NCBI GenBank assembly: GCA_051294375.1
Contig: CM119266.1
Location: forward strand, 16,734,087-16,798,086
Length of the DNA: 64,000 nt
Origin: Paraspadella gotoi
Lineage: Eukaryota; Animalia; Chaetognatha
Direction of reading: 5' to 3'
The stretch's first letter is position 1. Each line of letters begins with the position of its first letter. The notes under the pieces were generated by a model. The model worked only from the letters and a program-made list of their open reading frames with translations, was not told the origin of the DNA and made no database searches. A program made the translations under genes and the position numbers. This document shows, piece by piece, positions 50,051 to 63,675 of the stretch.

Positions 50051-52245
50051 ATCTAAACACAAAAAAGCAGTAGCGGCCGCTGCATCAGAATGGGAAAAAA
50101 CTGCTCTCGGAAGAGCTTCGCCTTCGTTTTTCCTTTTGAGATCGTCTGCTTCTGAGCCTTACTTTCGCTTACCTGAAAAATGAGGAGAAACTGGTTCTTT
50201 TTTAGCCGAATATCCATTGCGCCTAAATATGAAAATTAAATTCCCTCCCATCGCAGATCTACCGGTTCGTATATTATATAACAGATTACTGTATAACTTT
50301 TTAGATTTTCCAAAACCGTTTATTAATAAAATATCTTTTAGGTCCTTTATTTAATGTAATTTCGTATGTCTCACCAAAGATTACAAAAGCTTTAACCATT
50401 ATATTCTATTAAGATTATTACCTTTATTCGCTTTATTACTTTTTTTAGCGGGAATAAAGCGTTGGAATTTTCTTTAAACCTACCCAATTATCAATTAATA
50501 ACCGGCCTGTCGCATTATCAGTGTCCAGACGTTTTTTGTTTTTACAGATCCATCGAGTCTGTTTGGCCCCTTTTTTTTCGTTAAAAAACCTTTACATTCG
50601 GTTTATTACTACTTATAACGGGTCATTTCGTTCCTTATACTATTAACTTAGATTTAATAGATTTGCGCAATCTATTCAGTTAAGAGACAATGACTATTTG
50701 CCTAGATTTGGTTTACAATAAGTACAGACTTAAATTTTCCGTCACTCTCCCCCCCTCACCCCCTCACCCGTCCTTTCTCACCGCCATTCCGCTTTCCTTT
50801 AACTGCGTAATATTTTGTGTCCCAAATCTCCGAACGGAATTCCCCAAGTAGATCCCGCCTCTCTTTTTTTAGTCACGGCTTCTGTCATGTCTCTTTTCGG
50901 TTGATCTGTCTTTCTATTTAAAGCTGGTGATTTAAAAATCAATTTATTAAAGTTTTTTTAACAGGTTTTTAAATCAATATTTCGTGTTTTTAAAAATAAA
51001 TAATTTGATTGTTCTTTTAAAAGGGTTTAATAGAATATAATAAAAAATAATTTAATTTTTACAAATATTTATAAATTAATCTATAATTCTTTTAACGAAA
51101 ATATAATAAAATGCACCGATAATACAAGAAAAAATTAATTTGTGAAAAGACATTTATTTATAAAAATACTAAATAAATTAACTATTCTTAATATATATTA
51201 TATAATGATTATAAGCCTTTATAAATAACCCGACAATCTTCCAGTTTTAATAAAAATTTTGAAAGTAAAATAAAGTTTGTGGAAAGATAAAGAGTTTTGC
51301 ATAAATTATTCTGTGAGATCGGTTTATGTATATCCATTTACGAGCTGTGTTTTTTTAAAATGAAGTGCTCTATAGCAAAGTTAAAAGAGAAAAATTCTGA
51401 TTCTCAATTTTTTGAAACACTCAATTTTACAAAATCATAACTCCTGAACGACTTGACCGATTCTGATAGAAATTATTCACTTTGATTCTTTTTTAACAAA
51501 ATTTTTTTCCATCTTTTTTTAAAAATATTCGCATTCACATTATAATTATATTTTATTTAATTTTTTTAATTTGAAAAAAATATTTATATTCTTTATATTC
51601 TTTATATTCTTTATTCTTTAGCCAATTTAAAAATATTATTAAATTAATTTGATTTTAAAAAGATAGGAAAGATTAAACGATTTGGTCGAACAACTGTGTC
51701 TTGTTCTCTTAACCAAATTCCTTTCTTTTTTTGTCAAAAAAATCCTTTTCTTTCTATATTTACCTCTTCTACGTTTCTAGTTCCGTGAAACCCCCAGCTC
51801 GGAACTAAGAAAAAGAGAAAACAAGACTAAAGAAAAAATAAAGAAATCTCCATTTTGTTCCTGTTATTTTTCTGTCTGTGAAGGAATCAAGATTATTCCG
51901 TCTCCGTCCATCATTTGGAATCCAATTCTTCGAAATCGGTTAATAAGGTTCTCAAGAATAAATAATTATTGGGTTTAAAATACAATAAGGATCACAAGCA
52001 ATATTTGTTACAGGAAAAACAAATTCTTCGTAAAATTTTGGAAATGGGTTACATCATGGTGAGTGAATTTAAAAAGCATTTAAATTTTTTAGTTCACACG
52101 TTCATCGGTTTGTGAACGGATGTTCACTAGTTTAGTCTCAAACATTTATTTTCATCTCATAGTTTCCAAGTTTTTTTTTATAAGGAATGTCAACAGGTCA
52201 ATTAACCAAACTTCTCAGTTCTCATTTCTCACTTCTTCACCCATC

Positions 52246-54005
52246 ATGAAGGGAAAACGAGTGCGCGAGTTTCTCAAAAGCAATTGGCTTTTGATTTGCA
52301 CGGTTGCGGCCGTCGTCGTCGGCACAGTCGTCGCTCTCATCGTTCTCAACCATGGACCCGAACTGACCAGGAGACAGCTCAAAGCCATCACTTTCCCAGG
52401 TATGTACGGGTCCAATGGTTTAGATTTTTTTTTTTTGAAAATTTTTGTATAAAAATTGGTAATTTTTTCATATAAAATTATCGGATGTATTACGAGTTAG
52501 AAAAAATAAAAAAAAGTAGCGCATTATACTGGTCAGCTAAAAAAAACCCCACGAACAAACATCAATCGAATCGGAATTGATAGAAACTGATGAAATCGTT
52601 ATCTCGTAATGTAAAAATAATGTAAAAATCAGGCCTCTGCGCCTCGCCAGGCCCTTTCATTCACTATCAACGATATCCGGCGTCCCGATTATGCTAATTT
52701 ACTTTAATTCCCTCCCCACCTCCCTTCTCCCCCTCCACCCCGCCCCCACTCCCCCATTTAAATCCGCTCGATAAAAAGGAGAGATTTTCCTGCGCGCGCT
52801 GAACATGATAATCCTTCCCCTCATCGTCTCTTCGATCGTCTGCGGTCTCGCCGATCTGGACGCCAAATCCTCGGGTCGCATGGGCGGCGTCGCGATGGCT
52901 TACTATTTCGCCACCACCGTCATCGCCGCCATCGAGGGTGAGTGGGGGCGGGTGAGGGGGGGCGGGTGAGGGAGGCGGGTGAGGGGAGGCGGGTGAGGAA
53001 CTTGGGAAAGGAGAGACGGGAGGAAGGGAGAGTGAAATGAAAAAGTTTTTAGACGATGGACGCCGGGTTTTTTAATGTGGACAAATAAAATAATTAAATT
53101 ATGTAGATTAAATAATAATAAATAATGATAATAAATAATAAAGAGATTTAATCCTTCATGAAATATAAAAATAGAAAATAGTGAAACAAGTAATTTGCAA
53201 ATTTTCAGAAAAACTAAAAGAGGAAAAAATGACGAATGTTCTCCTCATCTAACTTAAAAGTTAAAACAACGATAATTGTTTGTTTCTTTAGACTTCGTGC
53301 CTACTGGGTCGCGAGTTCGATGTGACACCCGTCCTAAGAAGAACGCGCGACCCTCGAGGGGTAGAAAATAATAAACATTTTCTACAATAATCATTATCAT
53401 CATAACAAAATGAATGACCGTAGACAATTTACACGCAACATAAGAAACAAACAAACAAAATCTAACTTCAACAGATACAAAAACAAAATCAAACTTTAAC
53501 GAATACGTTTTCCTCGTTAAAACCTTTTATTTGTATTTGGTTGGAAGGCATCGTTTGCGTGGTGAGCATCAGACCTGGAAACAGTAACGCTTCAGTCGAG
53601 GATGAGTCGCAACACGCAAAACCGCACATCGGAGGTAATTTTAGTTCAGCTTGAAAAAAACTTTAATTCATACTTTGAATTACTGCGTATATTTTATGTC
53701 ATACTTCCTCTCTTTCTAAGAACAGCGCAGAACCTTTAACTCTAGACTATGCCCAAATGCCCAATTGCCCATTGCCCATTGCTCAATTAACCCAATCATC
53801 AACGGCTTTCAACGCGGATAAAATACTTTCGATGTTCTTTTGTTGTTTGATTTCCTTGTTTAAGTTGAAATCCTCTTGTTTTTCCTTCTGCAAAATTAAA
53901 ACTGAAAAGCATCTGCGGCTAAAAGACAATACTATCACCATCTGGTCGAATATCTTTCTCTCTCTCTCTGTCTCTGTCTCTCTCTCTTTCTCTCTCTCTC
54001 CTCTT

Positions 54006-54036
<31 letters not shown>

Positions 54037-54068
54037 TCTCTCTCTCTCTCTTTCTATCTCTCTCTCTA

Positions 54069-54138
<70 letters not shown>

Positions 54139-54963
54139 TTCCCTCTCTTTCTTTTACATAAAAAACAGGGAACAATTTAAAAGTTTTCCTAATGAAAGTT
54201 AATGGGAAAAGAACGAGGAATTCAAAACAATCCACGTCGTCAACAAACGGCGGTGCTGGTTTTCTCCTTCTTGTTTATTTCCTTCTGTTTCTTTTTCTGC
54301 CGCTTCCTCTCTCTTTTTCTCCTTTTTTTTTCATCGTCGGCGATTTTATTCAATTCCACGTTATGGTTTGTTTGTTTCCAGATAATCTGATGGACCTGAT
54401 ACGAAACATGGTTCCGAACAATTTGATCGCGGCCGCCTTCCAGAAGTACAAGTCAGTCGAGGCTGAATACAACTCGACCATCAATGGTCAAACAGTCACT
54501 CTAACAGGCAAGGCGAATCTGAGGAAAGATATAAAAGAAAAGTTTAAAAAAAACAAAACAAAAAAAAACTGATTTAAAAATTGGCAAATGGTTTCCAAAC
54601 GGAGTCACCGATTCATAAAACGGAAAAAAAAACTGACTCAGCTATGCAGAAACGATCAACACACTGAAACGTGGAACTTTGTTTATCATTTATAAGACTG
54701 AATCTAGCGGAACAAGCGATCGTTAAGATTTGACAACAATGCCCGCTTCCAAATATTTAAGAACCTTCAACCCCCGATCTTTAGAACCACTAAAGACGAC
54801 GGCTCCAGGCAGCAACATCTTGGGTCTCGTTGTCTTCTCGGTGTTGCTGGGGACGATCCTAAGCCGCATGGGGGACGACGGACTACCCCTAGTCAAGTTC
54901 TTCAGATGCATCAATGGCGTTGTTATGAAGATGGTCAGCCTCTTTATGTATTACGCGCCCATA

Positions 54964-55050
<87 letters not shown>

Positions 55051-58000
55051 CAGATTAACGTGAATCCCCCCGGTAAACACCTGAACCTAAGCTTAAACTA
55101 ACCAGGCGACCAAATAAACGACTGAACAAACAACCGATCGAGTGACGAGCAAATAAATGCTCACGCCAACGAAGTGAAATTTCTCGTTTTAATCTCGTAG
55201 CTTTGGAATTAGATTGACTTCAAGGAGACGAGAAAACTCGTTCCTCACATTTACTACCCAACATTTTTTTTTTCGATTTTTGCGTTTTATTTCAGCGAAG
55301 GAACTCTCGTGCGAAAACGGAACGAGAAATTTTCCGGTACGACGCCTTCGCTAATTGCCTGATTGTTTTCGAGACTCGAGTTATATTAGGAAGTTAGTCT
55401 TTCTCTTTGACGTTCTTACCGCGAAATCGCAACCGTGAAAATCAGCTTTAACTGAAGTAAATTTTTTCTCACCGTTTTAAACGCAATAAAACTATTAACG
55501 ATTAACATTAAGAGGTTATAAGTGCGTTTATGATTATCATTTCTTTGATATAGATATTCGATATTGGTGCCAAACTGGAAAATTAGAATTATTTCAATGA
55601 TAAAGTGCAAAACCTGATAGTTTTCCCCGAATTCTTTAACAGAAACACAAATGTCATAGAATTTAAGGTGCTGATAATTTTTTAATCATCGAAACATAAA
55701 GATCAATAACAAAAACATTGTTTGTGTAAACATCTAATCAGCTTTATAATTGTTATCATTTTCAAAAAAAAGATATGATTTATTAAGTTATAACTTTAAA
55801 ATTTTCTTGTTAAAATCCAAAAGTGCGAACCTCATCACGAGTCGTCTCCATCGATTGCCTCTCTGAATATCATATAGCGCCCTCTTCCCGCGCTGCCTCT
55901 CCATCATCCACCCCTTCACAATTTCAAACCTCATTTGAATTTTCTCAATGACAATGAGTCCGAGGAGCGACGGTCGGCTTTGCTCCCGCGTCTCCCCGAC
56001 TTCTTAACCGCGCCCACTTCTCCGACCCCACTTCCTCAATCGCCCTTCCCCCAACCCTGCTTCTTTTTAAACTTTTTCCTCATCCGACTTGACTTACCAC
56101 ATTCAACTCGGCTGATTCCGTTGTCCCTTCTCTCGCCTATTTCGCTCGCTCTTTTTAACCCGAATCTCAATGCCGGCATCTCCTCTCCCGCTTCTCCACG
56201 CCCGTCTCCCCGCCCTTTCAAACTCGATTCTCTCAGAAGCGGGCGCGCTCGGCCCGCCCCAAGACGAGATATATCCGGGGGTCGCGACGCTTTGACGCGC
56301 GCGTTTGGAACTTAATCTACTTGTAAATGAACCCATTTAAGGCTGACGGGTGGCGTTGGAAGGGGGTAGTTGGAAAGTGGCCGGGGCGAGGATGTGAGAG
56401 AAGAAATTTCGGCGCTAAATTTGTCACCGAATTGCCTCGACTCAAACCGCGACTTTACTCGCCATCTTTCGCGGAATCTTTAGATTTGAGCTCATCACAC
56501 TTACCCTTCACCTCTTTTCAGGTATCCTGTTCCTCATCCTCGGACAGATTCTCAAGTCCTCCGACTTTGGCGACCTCATGGCCAAACTAGGCCTCTACAT
56601 CGCGACTGTCCTCGTGGGCCACTTTATCCACGCCGTCGTCGCTTTGCCCCTGATTTTTCTCGTGATTGTCCGAAAAAATCCGTACAGGTTTGCACGCACA
56701 ATGCACAATCCACATATCAGGGAATGAAGCTGTTTTGTTACTAAACATAACTACTAATTAATTAAATGATTGTAATACTTAGGATATTTTTCATTTTTTT
56801 ATATTTGAATTGCGTACAACTTCAAATGATTTCAATTACGACTCCTAATTTCACCCACATTTTTCATCAGCTACATCGCCAAAACCTCGCAGGCGCTTCT
56901 GACGGCGTTTGGAACCTCGTCTTCATCGGCGACGCTTCCTGTGACAATGAAATGCGTCGTCCAAAATTGTGAAGTGGATCCACGAGTGGCACAGTTCGTC
57001 CTCCCCATCGGCGCCACCATTAACATGGACGGGACCGCGCTTTACGAGGTAACTCTGAGTTGCAATAGTTTGTTATTGTTGTCGTTGGTTCTGATTTTTT
57101 TCGGGGGTAATTTTAAAATTATGGGCTGACGAGTGAAGAGCTTTTGCCACAAAACTCGACTTTTCGTGACTACTTTTAATTATGTAAAAAAAATACTCCA
57201 AAATTGAACTGGCGGCGCTTCCGTGTCATTTATCATATTTTGCCAGGAGTAAGTGGTAGTCAGGGTCGTTATCGCGCGCCCCTTTTTAAATACATTATGT
57301 ACTAATAACCTTAATCGTTCGTCGAAAAATATTTTTAAGACTAAATTCAATGCAAACCTCATCATGGTTTTCGCAACCCGTTACGAGAGGTCGCTTTCTG
57401 TTCGGAATATCGTATTCAATAATTTCTACTTATTTTGTTTCTCGAATTGCTCTTTCTTATACTTCCCCCAGGCGGTGGCGGCGCTGTTTATCGCCCAAAA
57501 GAACAACATAGAATTAACTGTTGGTGAAATAATAACCGTATCTCTTACGGCAACGCTGGCCTCGGTCGGTGCCGCTGGAATTCCCACTGCGGGTAAAACT
57601 AAAAGAGAAAAAAGAACAAGAGAGAAAAAAAAAGTTAAAATTTAATGAATTTTGACAGTGACTAATTCTAGGGAATGAAGCAATAAAATAATAAAGAAAG
57701 ACTCATCAAAACTGTGTAATGTGTATAATATAAATTATCAAAGAAAAATAAAAAAAAACAATCGTAAAAGGTCGGATAGTAATTGCCCAAATTTTTCCCG
57801 CCATAACTCTGTCTCTCAGGCATGGTGACGATGCTGATCGTCCTGAACGCTGTCAACCTCCCAGTGGACGACATCTCACTCCTCCTGGCCGTCGACTGGT
57901 TCCTCGACCGGTTCCGGACGGCGGCCAACGTTTCCGGCGACACCATCGGGGCTGCGGTGGTCAATAAACTATGCCGACGCGGTCTCGATCTCCAAGAATC

Positions 58001-58256
58001 CAGCGCCGATGTGGAACTACGCGGCGTTGATTCGACATCGCCTGGTGTCACCGATGACTCCTCAGAGGAGTCGCCGTCGATGGCAACGACTCCACTAGCG
58101 ACGCCGACGCACACCTACGGCTCCGTCGACGTGGAGGTGGGAAGGAGTAGCGGAGGAAGAGGAGCAGAAGAGGATTCTGGAGTCGGTGTAGAAAACCGCG
58201 GATGTGACTGCGTTAGCGACGGAAATTTATTTCGAGAACAAAGATATATACCTTAA
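52246..58256 (+). CDS. SLC1A family excitatory amino acid (glutamate/aspartate) transporter, 9 coding exons: 52246-52399, 52779-52937, 53548-53634, 54382-54507, 54785 (or 54728)-54964, 56522-56687, 56871-57048, 57472-57592, 57820-58256
   Basis: Signature motifs in order: [137 protein letters not shown]. Exon phases are consistent. The exon 4/5 junction is uncertain and the specific paralog cannot be assigned. Confidence 0.96.
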
Positions 58257-58957
58257 CGTGCGCTCCTTTTAATTTTTGAAACTCCTCGAAGTCACGACTT
58301 TGCCAAATGTTCATTTTCTTCATTAAATACAAATATGAATAAACATTCCATCCTGTTTGACGTGATCCGCTTTGATTGATTTAAAGCATCTAACCAAATT
58401 GATATTATGAACCGATCATTAAAAACACAACGTTCCACACAAAAACGTCACGTTGCTTGTTAAAAAAAAACTCTTTTACTAATGTTTCATTCTTGAATCA
58501 ATAAACAAATATATAAATTATAATCTTACAAAATTTCTTAAATTTAAATTCATGTTGATATAAATATTAAATAACTATTATTTAGGCGTTTTTTAATTAT
58601 TTAAAATATTCTGCCAGCGCAGTCAGTCAGGCTTCTTAAAAAAAAGATTGAATAAAAATTGTAAAGTTTAGATTTCATAAAAGATAAAAGATAAAGTTAA
58701 TTTTTTTCTTTGCACATTACATACTTATAAGATAATTACCTACTAGAATTTTTTTATAAATGTTAAATTCTTTCCCCGTTTGGCCAAACGTGATTCATTA
58801 AAACTACTAATAAACTTCCTAATCACTAACTCTTCAGAGTTATTCACAGTTAATTTGTTAAACATTTCAATCAAAATTAGTTCTTTATTATATATAAACA
58901 GATAAGAAAAAATGATAATCGAAAGTACTTGTCGCTGCCGCCTAATTCGCCCTATAT

Positions 58958-61900
58958 TCAGTCAAACTCGTCGCTGTCAGTTTCGGATAGACTGTCTTCG
59001 CCGAACAAGTCGAAGGTTAACACTTTTTCCGCGGCCGCTTTCTCCGTCGTCCCCGTTGGGACCTTAATGGAATCGTCACCGAAAGTCTTCCCTTTCTTGC
59101 TTCGCCTCTTACGCCGTCTTGCCGTCACGAGCTGTTGTTCAGTCGCCTCCCCTTTCGCCATCTCTTCCCCTCTCGTTTCTCCGACAATTTCCTTCCTTCT
59201 CGTCCATTCTCCTTCCGACTGGTCGTTCCTCATCGTCGACTCAGGCAAATGCGTCTCCTCGATGCTTGGCTCCCTCTCTTCCGCCGACAAAACGGAATCC
59301 CTATTGAGGCTCGCCCTCTCGTTATTTCCAAAAGAATCTCCTGTTGTATCTCGTACAGGACCCAGCTCAGGTGAATGCGTCGAATGCGTCTCCTCGATGC
59401 TTGGCTCCCTCTCTTCCGCCAACCAAACGGAATCCCTATTGAGGCTCGCCCTCTCGTTATTTCGAAAAGAATCTTCTGTTGTGTCTCGTACGGGACCCAG
59501 CTCCTTTGCGGTCTCGTGAGCCCCACTTTGTTCCAATGATGCTTTTTCGGAAGCTGTGTTTCGTAGCGAACTCTTACGCAGGTTGATATCAGCAATGCTC
59601 TCATTGTTGCGTTCATCTTTTCCCACAGTGGTCGAAGTTTTAACGTTGATACTGCTGCTCTTTTTATTTTCGGAGCTTTTGTGGAACAACTTATGTGCGC
59701 TGCCCGATGATCTTTGATCATTGTTAACTAGAGTCTCTTGTAAACCTATGTCCACTGGCTTGGAAGTCGCCTTTAACTTCTCAGAATTGTCAGTCAAAGA
59801 TGTCTCTTCTTGGCTGAGTTTCAAGCTCTGTCTTTTCGGAAAATCATCACCGAGTTCTGTCTTCAACTGAACAGATTCTCTCGCATTTTCAAATTCGTCC
59901 AACTTTCGAGCGCCATTTCTATATTTGCCAGAATCGGAATCCGAGTTTTTGACTTCTTTATCGTCTCTTCTCTCCCCATGTATTTCCGTCTTACTCCGTT
60001 CTTCCACAAACCAAATGGAATCCCAATTAGGGCTCAGGCTTTTGGACTGTCGAAAAGAGTCCTCGGTTTCATTTGTTGGAGGAGCTATCTCTTTTGCCAA
60101 CTCGTTCGCCCTGCTTTGTGACAAAGTTTCTTTTTTAGATGCCATATTTTCCTTTGAACTGCTATGGGGGCTATCATTATCGGTATATTTATTTATGTGA
60201 TTTTCCTTGTCAACATCATTTGTTGTTTTGAAACTGATTCTCCCGTTCGTTTTTTGAACTTTCTCTAAGGAACTTTCACCAAACATCTCATTAGTGCTTC
60301 CCAATGATCTATGATCGTTGTCGATTGGAGTTTCAAGTGATTGTAAAGTCTCTGGCTTTAAAGACCCCTTTGTCTTCTCTATCGATAACATTTTTCCTTG
60401 ACTGAGGCTAATGCTTTGTCTTTTATCTTCGCTTTCAAATGTGTGGAATCTGCCTTAATTGTAGCTCCATCAAATGTCTTGATGCCATCCCAGTCACTTT
60501 GACCAACCATCTCATTAGCGCTTCCCAATGATCTATGATCGTTGTTGATTGGAGTTTCAAGTGATTGTAAAGTCTCTGGCTTTAAAGGCGCCTTTGTCTT
60601 CTCTATTGATAACGTTTTTCCTTGACTGAGGGTAATGCTTTGTCTTTTAGTCTCATTATCTTCCGCTTTCAAATATGTGGAATCTGCCTTAATTGTAGCT
60701 CCATCAAATGTCTTGATTCCATCCCAGTCACTTTGACCAATCATCTCATTAGCGCTTCCCAATGATCTATGATCGTTGTTGATCGGAGTTTCAAGTGATT
60801 GTAAAGTCTCTGGCTTTAAAGGCGCCTTTGTCTTCTCTATCGATAACGTTTTTCCTTGACTAAGGCTTATGCTTTGTCTTTTAGCCTCATTATCTTTCGC
60901 TTTCAAACGTGTAGAATCTGTAGCTTCGTCTAATGTCTTGATGCCATCCCAGTCATTGGTAGTATCTCTTTTTGGATGAGATGGCTGATCTTCAAACTGG
61001 TCTCTTTTACCGCCTTTCATTGTCCCTCGACCCGAGGCCAACTCCTCCGCCAGGATGACAGATTCTGTCTCGTCTAACAACCAAATAGAATCCCGATTAA
61101 GACTCATGCTTTTGTTTTGTCGAAGAGAATCCTCTTGCTCATCAAGCGCGGGTCCCAATTCCTTCCCCAACTTGTGCGCCCCATTCGGCAGCGAACTTCC
61201 ACGAAGGCTGACATCGAAGCTACTCTTTTTGCCATGATCATCCTTACCCTCGCTAGTTGAGCCTTTGAAACTTTTTTTATGAGATTTTTCTTTGTCCTCA
61301 TCGACCCGAGTGCTTTGCGGTCGGAAAGCCTCTGGCCTTGACGGGGCCTTTGCTTTATCAGAATGCTCCATCGAACCCTTTTCTCCACGGCCGAAGCTCC
61401 TGCTTCGTCCTCCCTGAAAAGCCTCATCGAGTTCAGCATCCAACTGCGCGGAATCGCCGGATTCCGCCGAGTTTTCAACTTCGTCTAACTTCTGGGTGCG
61501 ATCGCCATATTTGGCATAATCTTTTTTTAGATCGGAAGAAGCTTTGAAGCTGACTCGAGGGCCTTTGGCAGATTTTTTAAAGTGGGTAGAACTTTCTCTT
61601 TCATCTCCCTGGAATGGAGGTTGGGACTGATCATCACGGCTGGTAGGACCACGGGCTGTTTCGGGGAGTCCTTTAAGACCTTGTTCTTGTTGACGTTTAT
61701 CTGACTCGTCTGGGATTTTTTTCATTTCGCGCTCTGTCGATTTCGGTTCGTCTCGATTCTGTCTAACACCACGTGATTCTATTTGGGTATCAAGTATTTT
61801 ATCACCTCGAGTACCATGAAAGGAACTGTGGTCGTCATCGGCGTACGTCCGAGGACCAGATTCTTTATTTATTCCAATAAAAGGAGAATGTGGTACCTCT

Positions 61901-63675
61901 TTAGATTTTCGATCGTCATTTCCATGAGCATTCATTTTTTCATTTTGCCAGCCTTCCCGGGCCGCAGAGATTTTCTCGGCGTGGTCTTTGCTCTCATCAT
62001 CGAAACCTTTTTTGTTTCTAGGAACTGTTTCAGAACTAATGAATTCTTTAGTTCCAGCAATTTTGTCATCGGTTATTTTTGGGTCTTCAGACAATTGCTT
62101 ATGGCCATCAGACTTGTTGCCTTGATTCCAGCCAGGCACCATTTTTCCTCCCGGGGTCCTAGCTTGATAGTCTGTTGGATTTTGGGCGGAAAATAAATGA
62201 AAGTTGCTCTATTTATTTTGTTTTATTTATCTATTTTAACGAGTGCGCCATCTAATTTTTTATCGACATCGGCGTGACACTTGTTGGCTAAAGCAGAAAA
62301 GCAGCCCGTATAGCAAAAAGGAATCGTTTCTACTGCAACCGTCTAAACGTTTCTTCATCTTAGTTTTGTAATTACAAAGATAAAGATCTTTTAAAAATAA
62401 ATCACTACTCATTAACAAGAACTATGAAAAACTGACCTCTCTGCTCAATGCTTTCCCTGTTCGAGCTCAATCTGCGAGTCCCGATTGCGGTAGAGTCGTC
62501 GTCGCCCAGAGTTTCAAACTCCTCCGAGGAGAAGGCTCTGCTTATATTGCGACTTCGTCGGTCCAATTCATAATTGTTTTGGGCCTTCGTCCCCGATTTT
62601 ATCATCGTTTCGCCTCCTCGTCCGCTTTCTTCTTTTTTACCACTTCCGCCGCTGATTGCACTTACTCTTCCTCCTCCTCCTCCTCCTCCTCCTCCTCCAC
62701 CGACAGCCTTCGATGTTCTGGCACGGACCTTCCCCCAGGCGCACCGCTTCGCCACCCTTCTGTGCGCGCCGGCGCTTAACGGAAGAAATCTCCCGAGTTC
62801 GTCTCGTGGACGGGATTTCGCCAAGCGACTCAACCGCCTTCTTTTGGCCGCCATCAATTGCGCGGGGCTCGATTTACACCCTGACGGTTTCCTTGCGTTT
62901 CGCCTCGTTGGTTTTCCCAGAATCGTCGAATTTTAAAAAGGTCAAGCGCAAGAAATGCAAACTGTGAATTTAACTGCCAGTTGTGAATAATACAAATAAG
63001 TTGTCAAATATCATCGAGTTATGATAGAAGGTGTAACTACTACCAATTATGTTTTTTTTTATTAAAAGACGAATATTTTTTACTGCTTGGCCTATTTAAA
63101 ATCCCTCTCTCACCCTTAGCCTCATCAGAATCGCACTCCGAGGAAGTTTCCTCTGAACTCTCGTCTGACGATTCTGACGACGATTCGGACGACGAATCAC
63201 CGCAGTCATTTCTTTTCATTGAGCACCTCCTTCGGGCACAGAGGGCGCGCGTGCGATTGGCGCCCTCGCCGTGCCGTCGTGCACATCTCGGCGATTCGCC
63301 CGGGTCGCGCCCAGCGCCCGCGCATTTTAAGCGCGACGACAGGGTACTCTGTGAGGTCCGATAGTTGGAAAATGGAAAGTTATTTTTTAAACTTCCCTCC
63401 TAAGTTAAAATGAGAGAAGTAAAAAAATAACATTAAATAAATTTAAGCTTCCTATATTATTATAAAAATATCTTTACTTTTCTCTTTTATAAATTTGTTT
63501 ATTATTTTAGCTATAACTTTTTAAAAATTTTTTTATTAAACTCACCAGACCCCTTTTTATCGTGTGATGCATCATCGTCGCCAATCCATCGTCGATTTTC
63601 CTCACATGTCCATTGATTGGGTAAAGTGGCAAGAAAAGTTAAGGAAGGTCTTGAAACGTCAAGAGGATAAACAAC
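58958..63675 (-). CDS. Large low-complexity, internally repeated protein (probably nuclear); predicted exons ~63675-63546, 63348-63114, 62880-62437, 62171-58958; 5' end probably further right
   Basis: ORFs 60379-62142 and 58958-60391 are joined by a frameshift inside a repeat copy. The phase-1 junction AGAG|GTCAGT...CAG|AC joins the 62.4-62.9 kb ORF in frame (DYQARTPGGKMVPG). Upstream exons have GTGAG donors but are less certain, and one needs a 1-nt indel correction. Confidence 0.7.
60280..60955 (-). repeat. Three coding tandem repeats of ~234 nt (75-78 aa)
   Basis: DWDGIKT..SQGKTLSIEKTKAPLKPETLQSLETPINNDHRSLGSANEM is repeated; CCATCCCAGTCA occurs at 60485, 60719 and 60944. Confidence 0.95.

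Noticed and set aside
53300-53330. GTCGCGAGTTCGA as a tRNA T-arm or B box
   Set aside because: No cloverleaf or A box could be built.
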